From a virus (lineage: Duplodnaviria > Caudoviricetes): 64,000 bases of DNA. Positions 1-13,200 of this stretch are shown in pieces. The notes under the pieces were generated by a model, which saw nothing but the letters and a program-made list of their open reading frames with translations, was not told where the DNA came from and searched no databases. The stretch covers positions 32,001-96,000 of the IMG/VR virus record IMGVR_UViG_3300012344_000017; one strand, given 5' to 3'. How positions within the stretch are numbered: position 1 is the first letter of the stretch; each line of letters opens with the position of its first letter. A program made the position numbers and the translations under genes.

Positions 1-3000
1 TCACTACCTCCGATAAACCACGATTGTTACGATAAAAAATATAATGATATAAACAAATAGGTTAGCCTAAGTGATGATATGCAGGTTTTTGATGCCACGC
101 ATAAATATATAGGAGGCACCGGAGTCAATATTTCTTGGAGATTTATTATATTACCGCAGGTTGGAGATGCCTGCGAGAAATAGAATAACACAAGAAGTAT
201 AGGCACAATATACAATTATATTAAACGTGGTAATATAAAACAGTTAGATAGCTATTATGTTACTTCAAGCTACGGTGTTTAGAAGGCTTCTGATGGGTCT
301 GGTTTTGACAATGGTATAAAGTCTAACACATACTTGCTAAAATCGCTTAGACGTAACGAAATATATAGATATGGTATCGTTTTATATGATAAATACGGAT
401 AGGCATCACCAGCAAAATGGATAGCAGATATTAGAACACCTAATATAAGTGATCCTTAGTTTAATATATTCACATCAAATACAGTTGTAAACGGCGTTAG
501 ATACGAATTAGTCGTACGTAACCTTGGCATTTAGTTTAATGTTAGTAATCTTCCAGAAGGTTGTGTTGGGTATTAGATTGTAAGGTGCGCTAGGCACGAA
601 TAGGATATCGCTACAATTTCACAAGGTGTGCTTAGTAGTCCTGTCTCGAATGCGTACAGTGCAGAATATAATGCTTCTGGTAGTAATGGGGATTACTAGA
701 TTACAAAATATCACACATATTGCCCAACGGGATTTTTAACAACATGTAAATTTATAGAAGGGTATGACTGCCCAAATCATTTGTCTGAAGATGGGAAAGC
801 TGATGGTGCGCAATGTATGACAAACATAGATAACGATGTTTTATTACAATTTGCATCTAAAGAAGTTTCGTATTAGCCAGAATACTTTAAACAATTTATA
901 AAGGATAAGAAATACTATATATAGACTCCTTTATACTTATTTGGCGCTAGAGGGGATTATAAATTTAACGATGATATATACGATAGCCCAAATAATAGTA
1001 TGTACGGAGATCTTAAAAGCGACATTACAGGTAACAATAATTGGAAATTTATAATCCCTGGTATATCCAATTGCAGCATTCCGACATATAACGAAAATTC
1101 CAACGGAATAAATGCTAATGGAGTAACAGTTGCTAAAGATAGATTAAAGTTTATTCCGTATTTAGACTCTGCGTTTAATGTTGATATGTTTTATAGGGTT
1201 AATCCATAGGCTTTTAAAGCAAACAATTCAGGCAGTGTTGGAGGATACGGAAATAGTAGATCATACTCTTATGCTTTAATAAAAGATTGTATATTAGATT
1301 TTGATAGGCTGTATACAGAAAAAGAATCTAAGGCTATTGCTAGAACTGAAAAAGTTGGTAAATATATTATTCAAAAAGCGTTTGGGTATATTAAATTGTA
1401 CGAATCCAGTAAAACTGCTTCTAGCTTACTTGGTTCATCTATGGTTAATTTTAACGTTTAGGATAACAATAGAATAATATCTGATTTTAAAATCGCAAAC
1501 CATGTAAGTTGGAATGAGGTGTTTAAAAGAAATTTTAATAAAAACGATGAAGAGCAAGCTTCTTCTAAATAGTTTATTAACACAGCAATTTCTTCTGGAG
1601 GAAAATTATTCACCAACGTTATAACTGGTGGGCTGTGTTCTGATTTAGCATCAAATATAATAAGCCAATTTGATAGTGCAAGTGGAGGATTCAGTGGAGA
1701 CGCTACCGGTACACACGGAAAAGAAAAACGTATATGCTGGGGAACTGGAGGGAAATGCTTGTTGCTTACGTGTGAGAATACCGATGATTATATAACAAAT
1801 GTTAAAGGTTGTGCAGAAAACCAAACGTTAGATAACTACAACGGGTCAATATATCCTACTACAGAGTACGCTAAGTATAACGGAATTGTGAAGCCAAGTA
1901 TGCTTGGAACATATTTGTGTAATTTTAGACAAGAAGTAACTCCATATGGTGGATATTCTTTTGTAAATAGGCTGGCTAATACTTATTATGGTGACGGCGA
2001 TTATTTTGACGCTGGGACGACTGGGTGGGTTGATGTGTATAATGGAGATTGCAACATAGAATTATTTGAATACACATCAATGCATAAAATATATGGTGCT
2101 TATACAGAAAAAGGTGGAGGTAGTTTAAAATTGCCTAATACACATATGATAACTTATTCCATACCAACAGAGTCAAATATATGGTGCAAATTTCAATATG
2201 GGTGGCAGTTTAGTATAAATGCACAAGATAACTATGCGTCATTTATATAGGAAGAGCCATGCGAAATAACAGAAGCTTATATGCAAGAAGACCCTCAATT
2301 TGTTTACAATTCTGTATACAGTGTATAGAATACTAGTAGCCCAAAAGTTATATACGATGATCTTAATCAAAATGATTATAATAAGATTGTAGACACAAGG
2401 ATATATTATTCTGATTTAAAATAGAGTGATGAGGTAATTGATAGCTGGTGCAAATTTAGGAGCTCAAACTTTATAGACGTAGATCAAAAATATGGGCCAA
2501 TAACAAACATCTACACATTCAAAAATACTCTTATATTTTACCAGGAGCAATCGTTTGGTGTACTTAGCGTAAACGAGAGAAGTGTAGCAACGGATAACTC
2601 TGGTCAAGATATCGTACTTGGCACCGGCGGTGTGCTTGCTAGATATGATTATTATAGCAATACGTACGGTATGCATAAGTAGCAGTTCTGCTCTGTCTCC
2701 ACAAATGGTGGTTTATACTGGTTCGACAGTCATAACAATGTCATTTGTATGTTTGACGGATAGAGTGTCGTCCAGTTATCTAAGCAAGGAAAGGTATAGA
2801 ATGTTTTAAACAAATATAAGCACAGCGGGTTACCAAGAATGTTTTATAACAATAGATATAACGATGTTATATTTAACGTTTTAAAAGATGGGATGCAAAT
2901 CTCTTATAGCGAGATGCTCGGTAGGTTTACATCTATACTTACACTCCCATTTGATGGTGTTATACAATTCTTTAATGGCGAATATCTTGTTAAAAAGAAT

Positions 3001-3429
3001 AAGTATATAGATATATATCAGTATGACTATTTGGACGGGTTCCCTAAGTCTACAACGCAGCAATTATTAACATGTTCCGTGCAATACGTTGTAGCACAAT
3101 AGCCATTAGTAACAAAGGTGTTTGATAACCAGGAAATTGTTACATACGAGAATCTGTAGGCTAACTCTCCGATTTGCGACGAAGGCGATTATTTTTCAAT
3201 TAATCATAACTATACATGGAAAACTGAGTCTCAAGAAATTTCGTCTACACTTGAAGGATAGATTACGTTAAGAGAAAATAACCATAGATACGCTATACCT
3301 AGAGCAGGTGGGTTGTTTGGTAATAGGCCTAGAGGCAAGGTTATGTTATGCAGTATAGAAGATATTAAGCCAAACCCAGCTGTTGCGATACAGTATATAG
3401 TAACTAAATATAGATAGTCATGGAGCTAA
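1..3429 (+). CDS. Tail muzzle/stabilization protein (crAss-like), 5'-truncated by the window edge; TAG=Gln
   Basis: Track fragments at 1000, 1759 and 2839 are all frame 1 and end in TAG. The frame closes at TAA 3427-3429 (...KYRQSWS*). The motif SLRRNEIYRYGIVLYDKYGQASPAKWIADIRTP and the position before the cargo genes fit crAss tail stabilization proteins. Confidence 0.75.
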
Positions 3430-4220
3430 GATAGAGAAAAAGAATAAATAATCTTCCAAAGTTTTATAGCGGAACAGATCTTGCTGCATTAGACGCAAAG
3501 GTTGGGCTTGGGCAGCAAAATACAGCAAATGATCTTACGAAAATGATTGGTGGTAACGCGCCGATTGGGTCGTCTATAGCCGGCGGTGGTAGTTCTAGTG
3601 CATCATTTAATATAGGGCAAAAGCCTTTTTTGAAATGGAATCAGTCTGGAGGTATTAAAACTGGAGGATTTAACGCATCAAATATAAATGCAGCTGGGGC
3701 TATCCAGGGAATAGCAGGTATGATTGGTGGGTTTAATTCAATGCAAAACGCTGTGAAAGGCGATAATGAATTAATGGCTTAGTCTGGACAAAGAACAGAC
3801 TAGGCTTTTGGTGTTAATTATCAGGCGCATAATGACATTAATAGAGACAAGGCAATGGCTGATATATAGTCATCAAACAAAGCTAATACGTTAGGTATGG
3901 TTGGTTCTGGAGCAGCTGCAGGCGCAGCTATAGGATCTGCGTTTCCAGGACTAGGAACGGTTATTGGCGGTGCGGCAGGAGCTGTTGTTGGTCTTATTGG
4001 AGGATTATTTGGTAGCAAGAAAGCTAGAGAGAAACAACGCAAAAAGATATTTAATGCCCAATAGAAGGTAAATTTAACGAATTAGATTAATCAGTCATCG
4101 GCCGCAACAGAAGGTCTTACATAGCAATACTATTTAGACAATGGAAATACGTACGATGATGTGTTATACGCTAACAGAGGAAAAGATTTAAGAAGACCAA
4201 AATATGTTAAAAGGAAATAA
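3420..4220 (+). CDS. Gly/Ala-rich ejected cargo protein with glycine-zipper TM segments (266 aa, TAG=Gln)
   Basis: ATG 3420 (MELRQRKRIN...) to TAA 4218-4220. Contains GMVGSGAAAGAAIGSAFPGLGTVIGGAAGAVVGLIGGLFG. Confidence 0.75.
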
Positions 4221-5802
4221 AGTATGGACCCCTAATGGTTATTAGGCTGGTCCAGTTAATAGTTTAGTCGGTAAGGGGGAGTCTATTATAGACTATACCA
4301 ATGGTACCGGCACTCTTGTAACAAAGGGTAAGGTTGGCGTAGATAATCAACCCAGTTCAGTTAGAAGAGATGATAATAATGTTATAGCTGGTAATGATAT
4401 AGATTGGAGCAACGGTATGAAATTTTCAGACTAGGTAGCTCCTCTTACAGCCAAACTCCAAATGTATAACGGAATCGAAAAGAGGGTTAACAAGAAACCT
4501 GAACTCAGCTCGCTGTCTAAACAAACAATGGAGCTTTAGAAGAGTCAGTTAGATCGCGCTAAAGCCCCTATTTTGCAAGCTATGAAGAATATTACAGACA
4601 GACAAGAGAAATAGCATTAGGTTGAAGATTATGCGGCCTATGTAAAAGCTAACAGAGGTATGGATAAATTTGACGAGGGAAAGAGCTTTTGGAGATCATA
4701 TACAACAGGCGGTAAAGGTAAGGTGTCAAATCTTATGCTTGATGCAGGATACGCTTTTCCGGCATTATTAGAAACATAGATGCTTAATCACTGGCGTAGA
4801 GAAAATCCTGTTATGCCAAATATCTACGCGGCTAACAGATATGCTCCAATAGCATTGCAGACTATGGCTGGTAATAGAATGTCTGCAAATCCTGTACTTG
4901 AAAAGCTGTACGCACAAGATAGACAAGCTGCTTATTAGTTAGCAAACGCCGGTGGTTATACAGGTGGTCAAAGATAGGCTAATAGAACAGCTTTAGCTTT
5001 AGGTAACTAGAGAAACATAGCTGATGCTCTTATGAATGTACAGGAGAAGAATATCGGTTATAGAAATGCTTATGCAGAAATGGCAGCTCGACTTGGTGAT
5101 AGTGATGCTCAAAGACAGCAATAGGCTAATCAGTATGGTTGGGAAGCTTACAATAAAGCTCATGGTGCTAAGACCAAGGGTATTGAAACCCATTTAGCTA
5201 ATCTTGGTCTTATTGGGCAAAAGTGGTTGTCTCAACGTATTAAGAATAAGTAGTATGGAGATATTCTTGGTATGTATCAGCAGGACATAGATAACAAGAA
5301 TGCTGCTTTAAAGACTATCTATGGTATTGACAGGGATAAAGGTGTCAATACCAGTAATACGCAAGGTAATAACACAGGAGTTTATACTGGTGGTACAGTT
5401 GGTTAGAGATAGTCTAGAACTAGTGTAAATCCAGACGCTATGCCTGGTACAAAATCAGCAGTTCCTACAACACTAAGTAGTTCTATTGGTAATATTGCTC
5501 CAGGATGGACTCCTGGTGGATATAGATTTATATCACCAAACTAGCAATACGCTATGAATAAAGCTGTACAAAATAGCCAAAAGGCATTAGCTACTGCTAG
5601 AAATAAAGAAGCGTTCGATAGACTAATGTATGGAGACTACGGATCTGGTAGAATTAATTTTAATAACACATTGAAAGGTTCTTTGTACACAAATGGATCA
5701 TATCTTAACAGTTTACTTCCATTTGAATGGTGGGCAGGGCCTGATGGAGAGTTTGCTCCTAGATAGCAATATCCTTTAACTTGGGGAGATTATGTATCAT
5801 GA
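4204..5802 (+). CDS. Virion cargo/ejection protein (532 aa, TAG=Gln)
   Basis: ATG 4204 (MLKGNKVWTPNGYQAGPVNS...) in frame 1 to TGA 5800-5802. Includes track ORF 5554. Function inferred from gene order. Confidence 0.7.
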
Positions 5803-7253
5803 TAGGAATGTATGATGAACCAGTAGCGGTCCCTATTATAGACCTACTGGATAGCAATATGATGTCACAGTACATCAGCGCTGCAAGAGAACAATATAAT
5901 TAGGCTGTATAGGAATAGAAGGATTTCGCTAAGGAGTTTGGGGACTTATACAGCCCTAGTGCTAGTTTAAATAAAGCTTACTACGATTAGACCAAAGGTA
6001 GAGTTAATGCTGGTCTTAACCACCTGTATTAGAATGGTATAGATCCGCTTAGATCTGCTGAGGGTAGAGCTTACATAGCTAAGATTATTAGAGAAGCTCC
6101 ATATGATAAAATTTCTAAATGGAAAGCTGACGCTGATAATATGAAGACATTCTAGAAAGCTGCCGCTTCTATGGTTGCTGAAGGAAAGCTTACTCAAGAT
6201 TAGCTTAATTGGCAAATGCAGAAGTATGGGTTGGATTACGATAAATTTGATCCATATACTCAAAACTGGAACACTTTAGCACCTACAAAGATGGATACAC
6301 TCGAAGATCTCACAAAAATCCCGTATAGTGTACTTAAACCAAGTAATCTTACACAACAGTAGGTTGAAGCTATGGGATATAAGTATGACCCAAAGAATGA
6401 TTATACTGGTATTACAGATCAGATGATTATGGATACAGCCGGTAAAGCAATACCTTCTGTAATGTCTATAGCAGCCGGCGAATATTACTACGACAAAGCT
6501 AAACAACAGCTTCAGTAGGCTGGCGTAACTAACCCTACAGATGATTAGGTTAAACAACAACTGCAAGGTACAGTAGCACAACTTTGGGAAGGTAAGAAGA
6601 ATATAGCTTGGGATCCAAATAAATATTCTTTACTTAACTATCAGAACACACTTGCAGATCAACTTGATGCAAGTAAATCGGCTAGAGATCTTGCTAATCA
6701 AAAGGCTCTGATTGATTATAAGACAGAAGATGATGCTAAAAGAGTGTCCTTGGGTATAGATGGGCATGGATCTTCTGGAGATAATTATAAAACAATATTT
6801 GATACAGCAAGAGAGTAGCCATATAAACCTGTTACAACATCAGTAAACAATCTAAGAGAAAATGGTGTTACATTGGTAGATCCTGATGCGCAGTGGACTG
6901 AATACACATAGTCTCAATCATAGGGCGACGGTAACAACAAGTAGAGACAATCTGCTAAATAGCAGATTGTTACTGTTAACGATGGACAATATATAGCTAA
7001 GTCCGGAGCATTTAAATAGTTTAATGAAGGTAGATCTGACAATGTTAACTATGGACTCTATAAGAAGCCTGGAAGAAAAATTACCGCAACAGTAACATCT
7101 GGTCCTACATATAACAAAAAGCTTGACAAGTATTATATCAAAGCCAATGTTATATCTGTGGATAACAATCAGTCAGCTGGAACAGTTGGACAAACAATAT
7201 GGGTCGAAGTTAAACCTGGATATATAGGGAAGGCTCCTAATAAAGCAAATTAA
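5799..7253 (+). CDS. Virion cargo/ejection protein (484 aa, TAG=Gln)
   Basis: ATGA overlap with the previous stop. MIGMYDEPVAVPIIDLL... to TAA 7251-7253. Absent from the ORF track because of dense in-frame TAGs. Confidence 0.7.
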
Positions 7254-7260
7254 TTAAATT

Positions 7261-10200
7261 ATGGCAAACTACAATTTACTTAAGTCCCCATCAGAGGACT
7301 ATTTTAGAGGATAGGCTAAAAGATTTGGTATAACACTACCAAATCAACGCCAATCCGTTCCTAATAAAAGGACTTAGGCTAATGTACCAAGTTATATATC
7401 AAGGCAATCTGGCTCTAGATTGGAGTCTGACATAATGCCTCATGGAGAATGGTATAAGCCTAGTCAAAAATCTATTCAGAGACAGAAAGATGCTATAGCT
7501 GAATATGATTGGAACAAACATATTGATGGCTTATACAAGAAACAATATCAGTCAAACAGACAAAAGATTGATGCTCAAGATGATTCAGAAGGCATGCTTT
7601 CTGACGCAGCTAAAGAGATGCAAACATAGCTTGAGGAAGATAAGCTGTTTGAGGACTTTAAAAAGACTGACATCTACAAAAATTCTGTTGGCTCTGATAT
7701 TGGCGGTATAAATGAACTTGGAAAAGATAGTTTTCAATTCACATTGTGGAAGATTGGCTAGAGAATTGGCTTGTTTTCAAATCAGTCTAGCGATCTTGGA
7801 ATTGAAAGCACAAAGGGTAAAATTGCTCTCGCACAAACAGACCAAGCAAAAGCAGATGCTTGGGCTAAACGTGAACGATTAAGAAGAGATTTAAAGTCAA
7901 AGAAGGACCAATGGAATTATCTTAAAGCTAACCCAAAAGCTCAAGTTAAAGGAGATGCATGGAAAGATACGTATCTTCTTGGACAGGATTTACTTAAGAC
8001 TTATGATTAGTTACAAGATAAAGACCTTAATGAGTTAGCTGATGCTTACAAAGCCGCATGGATGAAAGAGCATAATGGAGACGCTACTGAAAAAGCTTGG
8101 AAAGATGCATTTAAAAACGTTCTTGGTTTAGATAATGCAGTCACAAATGCAGCTTCTTCTATCGCTGGATGGGTATCTAGTTTTATTCAAAATAGAGCAA
8201 GAGAAGCTGGTATGGCGAGCTCTACTATTAATACATTTGATGGTACAGATAGATCTAAAGAACAGATGGCTAGAGATTGGATTGATAATTACAATAAATA
8301 GCTGTCTGATAGATTTGAAAAAGCGCACGCTGGAATGGATTTAGCGCAAAAAGAAACTGAAGCTAAACAATTTAAACAAAAAAGACAGCAAGATTTAAAT
8401 GATTACAAAGAAACCCTTGATGATCAAATGCGTAGAGCTTCAAAATGGAAGAAGTTCTGGAATGTTAGCAAGCATGCTGAGAACCTAGCTAATATACATG
8501 CCGACGATGATCTTTTAACACCAGATTACTGGTTATGGAATCTACCTTAGCAGATGGGTTCTTCTTGGTCTTCTGATACAGGAAATATTGGTAATCTTAT
8601 TACAACTGCTGGTACCGTTGGTTCTTTTGCTTTGGGTGCAGCTGGTCATCCAGAAGCAGGTTTTGCATTGTATAATGCTGCTAATGCGGCAGCTCTTCCA
8701 TTTAATCTATAGGGTGCAGAAGATGAGAACTACGCTGAAATTGCTCAACGTTGGACCTAGAACTATCAGTAGAATCTTAATAAGTATGAGGCACAGGAAG
8801 CATTTGGTAAAGCTAAAGGTATCTCTGCGTCATACAAAGATCTTCAAAAGCAATCTATAAAGTTTGCTATACAAAACGGCATGTCTAAGAAAGATGCTGA
8901 AGAAAGATATGATTTAAAGACGTAGCAAGGAAAGGAAAAAGTTCTTGGAGATTATTTGATGGGTATTACAAAGAGTAATGATCCTCGCTTGTCTAAAGCT
9001 AAGCTTGGCACCACTAAAGGTCTTGAGTAGCAGTTTATGATAGACAACGTTAGAACTATGGGTACAGAAGTTGTACAAAACGTTATATCGTATGTGCAAC
9101 CTTGTAACAGCCTTTCTAATCTATACCGGCAAGCTGTGTATAAGCTTCCAACAACTAAGCTTGGTGCAAAACTTGCTACAAGTAAAGCTGGTAGATTAGT
9201 TATAGGAACAGATTATGCTCTTGCTGGATTAAATGGTGCAGTTGAAAACAAATTTGCACAAGCCGGTCAGTATGTTAACTCTCTTACAAGCGCAGCTGGC
9301 AAAACAGGAGCTAAGATTGGTTCTATAACAATGGACGTACTTGGAGGTGGAGTATTAGGGCACTATGTTGGTGCTGGTATCGGCACTGCTGTAGGAGAGA
9401 CAGCTAGGGGCATTAAAGGACTTGCTAAAGAAGTAATGCCCCAAGCTCTTAAGGACGCCGGCATTATGGCTAGTGAGGCTATTGCAAAGAAAGCTGAAGC
9501 TTTAGCTACAATGGTTGGCGCTAAGACACTAAAGAGAAAGTTATTGAAAGCTGCAGTTAAGAATCCCAACACAATGGCAGTTTTGAAGATGCTTAATAAA
9601 TATGGAGTCAACACTGTTAGAGCTGGTATTATAGATAGGGCATCCGAAGGTAACGAAGAAATTGTGCAGTAGTTGAATGCTAATGCTGCTTAGGAATTCG
9701 CTAAAACGTACGGCTACGGATCAGCTGACTTACTTAGCCTTGCATTCTAGGATATGGCTCATAGCAAAGAGGTTGCAGACTTCTATAAAGGTATGTTTGG
9801 TCTTGGAGAATCTGAGCTTTATAACGACATGGAGATGCTATCAAACTGGCGAGGTGGTTTTGCTATGGGTGGTATGCATCCTATGGTGGTAATGAATATC
9901 TATCATGCTGTTAACGATATAAAGAATACAGTACAAGTAAAGGACGCTATAATGCACAGCGCTCTTCTCGACAGAGAACAAGGAAAGATGAACAGAGCTA
10001 GCAATGCCGTTATCTCAGACCAGATCTCTAGGGGAAGATATAATTAGCTGACTACTGAAATACAGCAGCTTAGAGAGGCTGATTTAAAGCGAGAAAGACC
10101 ACGTTTTGGTGAACAATATTGGAACGACTTGCAGTCTAATGTAGAGCGTATTGCAGCACTTGTAAATAATAAGCAGATTGAACAACAATATCGCCTTAAA

Positions 10201-13200
10201 GGTATCAATAAAGGCACCGAGCAATATAATGTAGCAATAGCTGATAGAGCTAATATAGAACAACAGTTGGCTGCTAATAGAAGAGCTTAGTAGGAAGCAG
10301 AGGTTAGACTACAGTAGATTTATGATCAACAAGGTTATCAAAATCAGGTGGAACAAGCCGTAAATAGACAAGAGTAGTCAAGAGACCATATGTTAGCTGC
10401 TATAAATGCTGCAACAACAAAGACTAGGGCAGTTGAGTCTTACATTAACAGAAAGGTAGAAGAGTATAAGAAGTCACTCGATACTGCGGCTCTACCAAAA
10501 GAAGAGGTAGAAAAATCTGTAACAGAATATAAGGAATCTATCAAAGATGAGGCTAACGAATACGGCGAAAGGTTTGTAGAGAACTCTCAGAGAGAAGAAC
10601 ATGCTAGACACGTAAATAACTTCTAGAGAAATTCTGAGGCTCATAATAGAATGAAAGCCTTGCTTACTCTTAGAGCTAAGATGAATTCTATTGAAGATAT
10701 TTTTAAGTTTGCTCACGATAAGCTTGGTTTAAAGACAGTTAGACCTGATGCTAAGTTATTGTCTGCTAATATAGATAAGTAGATTGCTCGTGCAAAGCAA
10801 AACTTATCTAAAGCTTATAAGAATTTCGATGAGAAGTCTACAGATGAACAGACGTTACAATTCTTGAATAGCTTTAGCGAGTCTGTTGGATTTAATGACG
10901 ACGGGATTCAAGAACTTGAGCAAGCTATGGCTATGTATACAGCTAATGAGTCGTTACTTAATTCTACATTATCTATTCATACAGAAGGTGTTACGCGTGA
11001 TGCCTATGGTAATCTCGAGTACAATCCAGACGAAATTAGATATCAAAGAAAGTAGGCTGAATTAAAGTAGAAGCTTGGTAATAAATACAAGCCAGAAGAG
11101 CATAAAAGGGCAGCTGCTAAAGATGGTTCTAAGAGCAAACTTAATGAGCGTATCACAAAGATTATTGACGCAAATAAGCAGAACGAAAACATCGACTGGA
11201 TGTTGTCTGACATATATGCAGGTGACGCTGTAACAAAGCTTACAGAGGGCTATTAGAATGATATGCTTAAAGCTGCCGAAGAAGACGTAAAAGACATCAA
11301 TGAACAAGCTAAGTAGGCTGTAGACACTACAGAAACATAGTAGAATCATACGGCTACTACAGGAGAGCTACAGAAGCATGCCGAAGAATACAGGCGTCGC
11401 AGAGATAAAGCTAGAGAACATTATAGGAAGAAACGCAAGGCTAGAAGAAATAAAGCTAGAGTGTCATTCTTCCTTGGTTTCGACGAGCTTGCCATGCAGT
11501 CTTTTGACGGTCTTATGGAGAATGCCAAAGTAGGCTTCTATAAGTTCGAGTAGCTTTATAATGATATAAAGACTATCCTCCAAGAAGAGACTGGACAAGA
11601 TGGTGGACCATCTGTGTTAGCTTTGGCTAAAGCGATGTACATTCGCCATTACCTTACATCAACACGTAAAGAAAAGGAGAATATGAATACTCCTATGGAT
11701 GTGTAGTTTTATGGTGCATAGGTTGCTACTCACGCTTCGCAGGATACATCTTTTGATGGATATAGGAGAGCTTTGAAGCAACAGCAAGATAGAGCTCTTA
11801 TTCATTGTTTTCATACAACTATTGCATACGACGACAATAATACATTACATGTATTTGAAAACATAGACGAAATAGATAGACTTGAAGAGCAATCACATTA
11901 TCCAGAGATTGAGGAGAATGTAAATATCTCTGATAAATAGTAGATTCTCGGATATTTGGCTGATAATACAGATAGATTTGGCAGTCAGGATTACTCTAAT
12001 ATTATTGATTCTATATTCTCGCAATCAAACAAAGAAGAATTATTACAAGGGTTTGCTCATTATTTAGCATCAATAGATACAGCTTACTTTAATGCTCAAT
12101 CTATAAGAGATGGTGAAACTATTAGAGAGATGGCTCAAGCTATAATGCTTGGAACAGATGATAGTTTTGCAGACAATCTATTGGATAACCCAAATGGTAT
12201 AACTGAGGCTAAACGGTATGTTAAATCTGTTAGAGACAGAATGCTTAACGGTGGTCAATACAGAGTGCTCGACACAGATATTCCTATCTATGGTTATGAC
12301 GATAAGGGTAGAGCTATACAGTCATAGGCAGATATTATACTTGTAGACAATGATGGGCAACTTCTTGTGATAGACGTAAGGTCTTCTTTTAGACCTGATT
12401 TAAAAGCTAGAATGCTCGGCAATCAAAAGGTTAATGATCGAGCTAAAGAAACGATGATCCAACATGAGTAGAGATAGCTTCAAAGATTAAATTAGATTCT
12501 TTATGATACATTTGGTTCTAATGTAGAAGGTACGTATGTAATGCCGTTCTATAATGATAGAACAGCACATCTTATTGTAGCCGAACCTGTATTTAAGGTT
12601 GAGATGCTTGATTTTAATAAACCTGTAACACCTTATTACAATAAGTCTAATGAAGATATTTCTAATGAAGTTGTTAAGCCTCTACAAGACAAAGTAAATG
12701 AATTAAAGGAAGATTATCAGTAGTTACTTGATAGTATTACAGAAGCTGGTGATAAACAATATTCTGATTCTCATGCATTTAATAATACGTACGATATATT
12801 TAAAGAAGGCTCAAATAAGGATGAATTATTGCTTCAGATAAGAGACCTCCATTCTGCCATAGAATCTATCCAGAGTTTGAAAGAAGACGCTCAGATGCGC
12901 TTAAATTAGCTATTACAACCTAAATAGCATGAGAATACAGTACTGGAGTTTTATCCAGAAGATGCATTTGATCACGTTATTGTAGATGAACAATATTAGG
13001 CTGGCCTTGATACTCTTCACGAAGTTTGTAAGAAACTTGATACGCTGTTAAGCTCTATTACGAATCTTAATATCACAACAGCAGACGAACGAGCCCAAGT
13101 TAATGAACTTATCTACTCTATATACGATGCACAAACAGCTCTTGATCAATTCTACGGTAGCGATTAGTTTAAAGTTGGCGATACTTTACCAGAACAGAAG

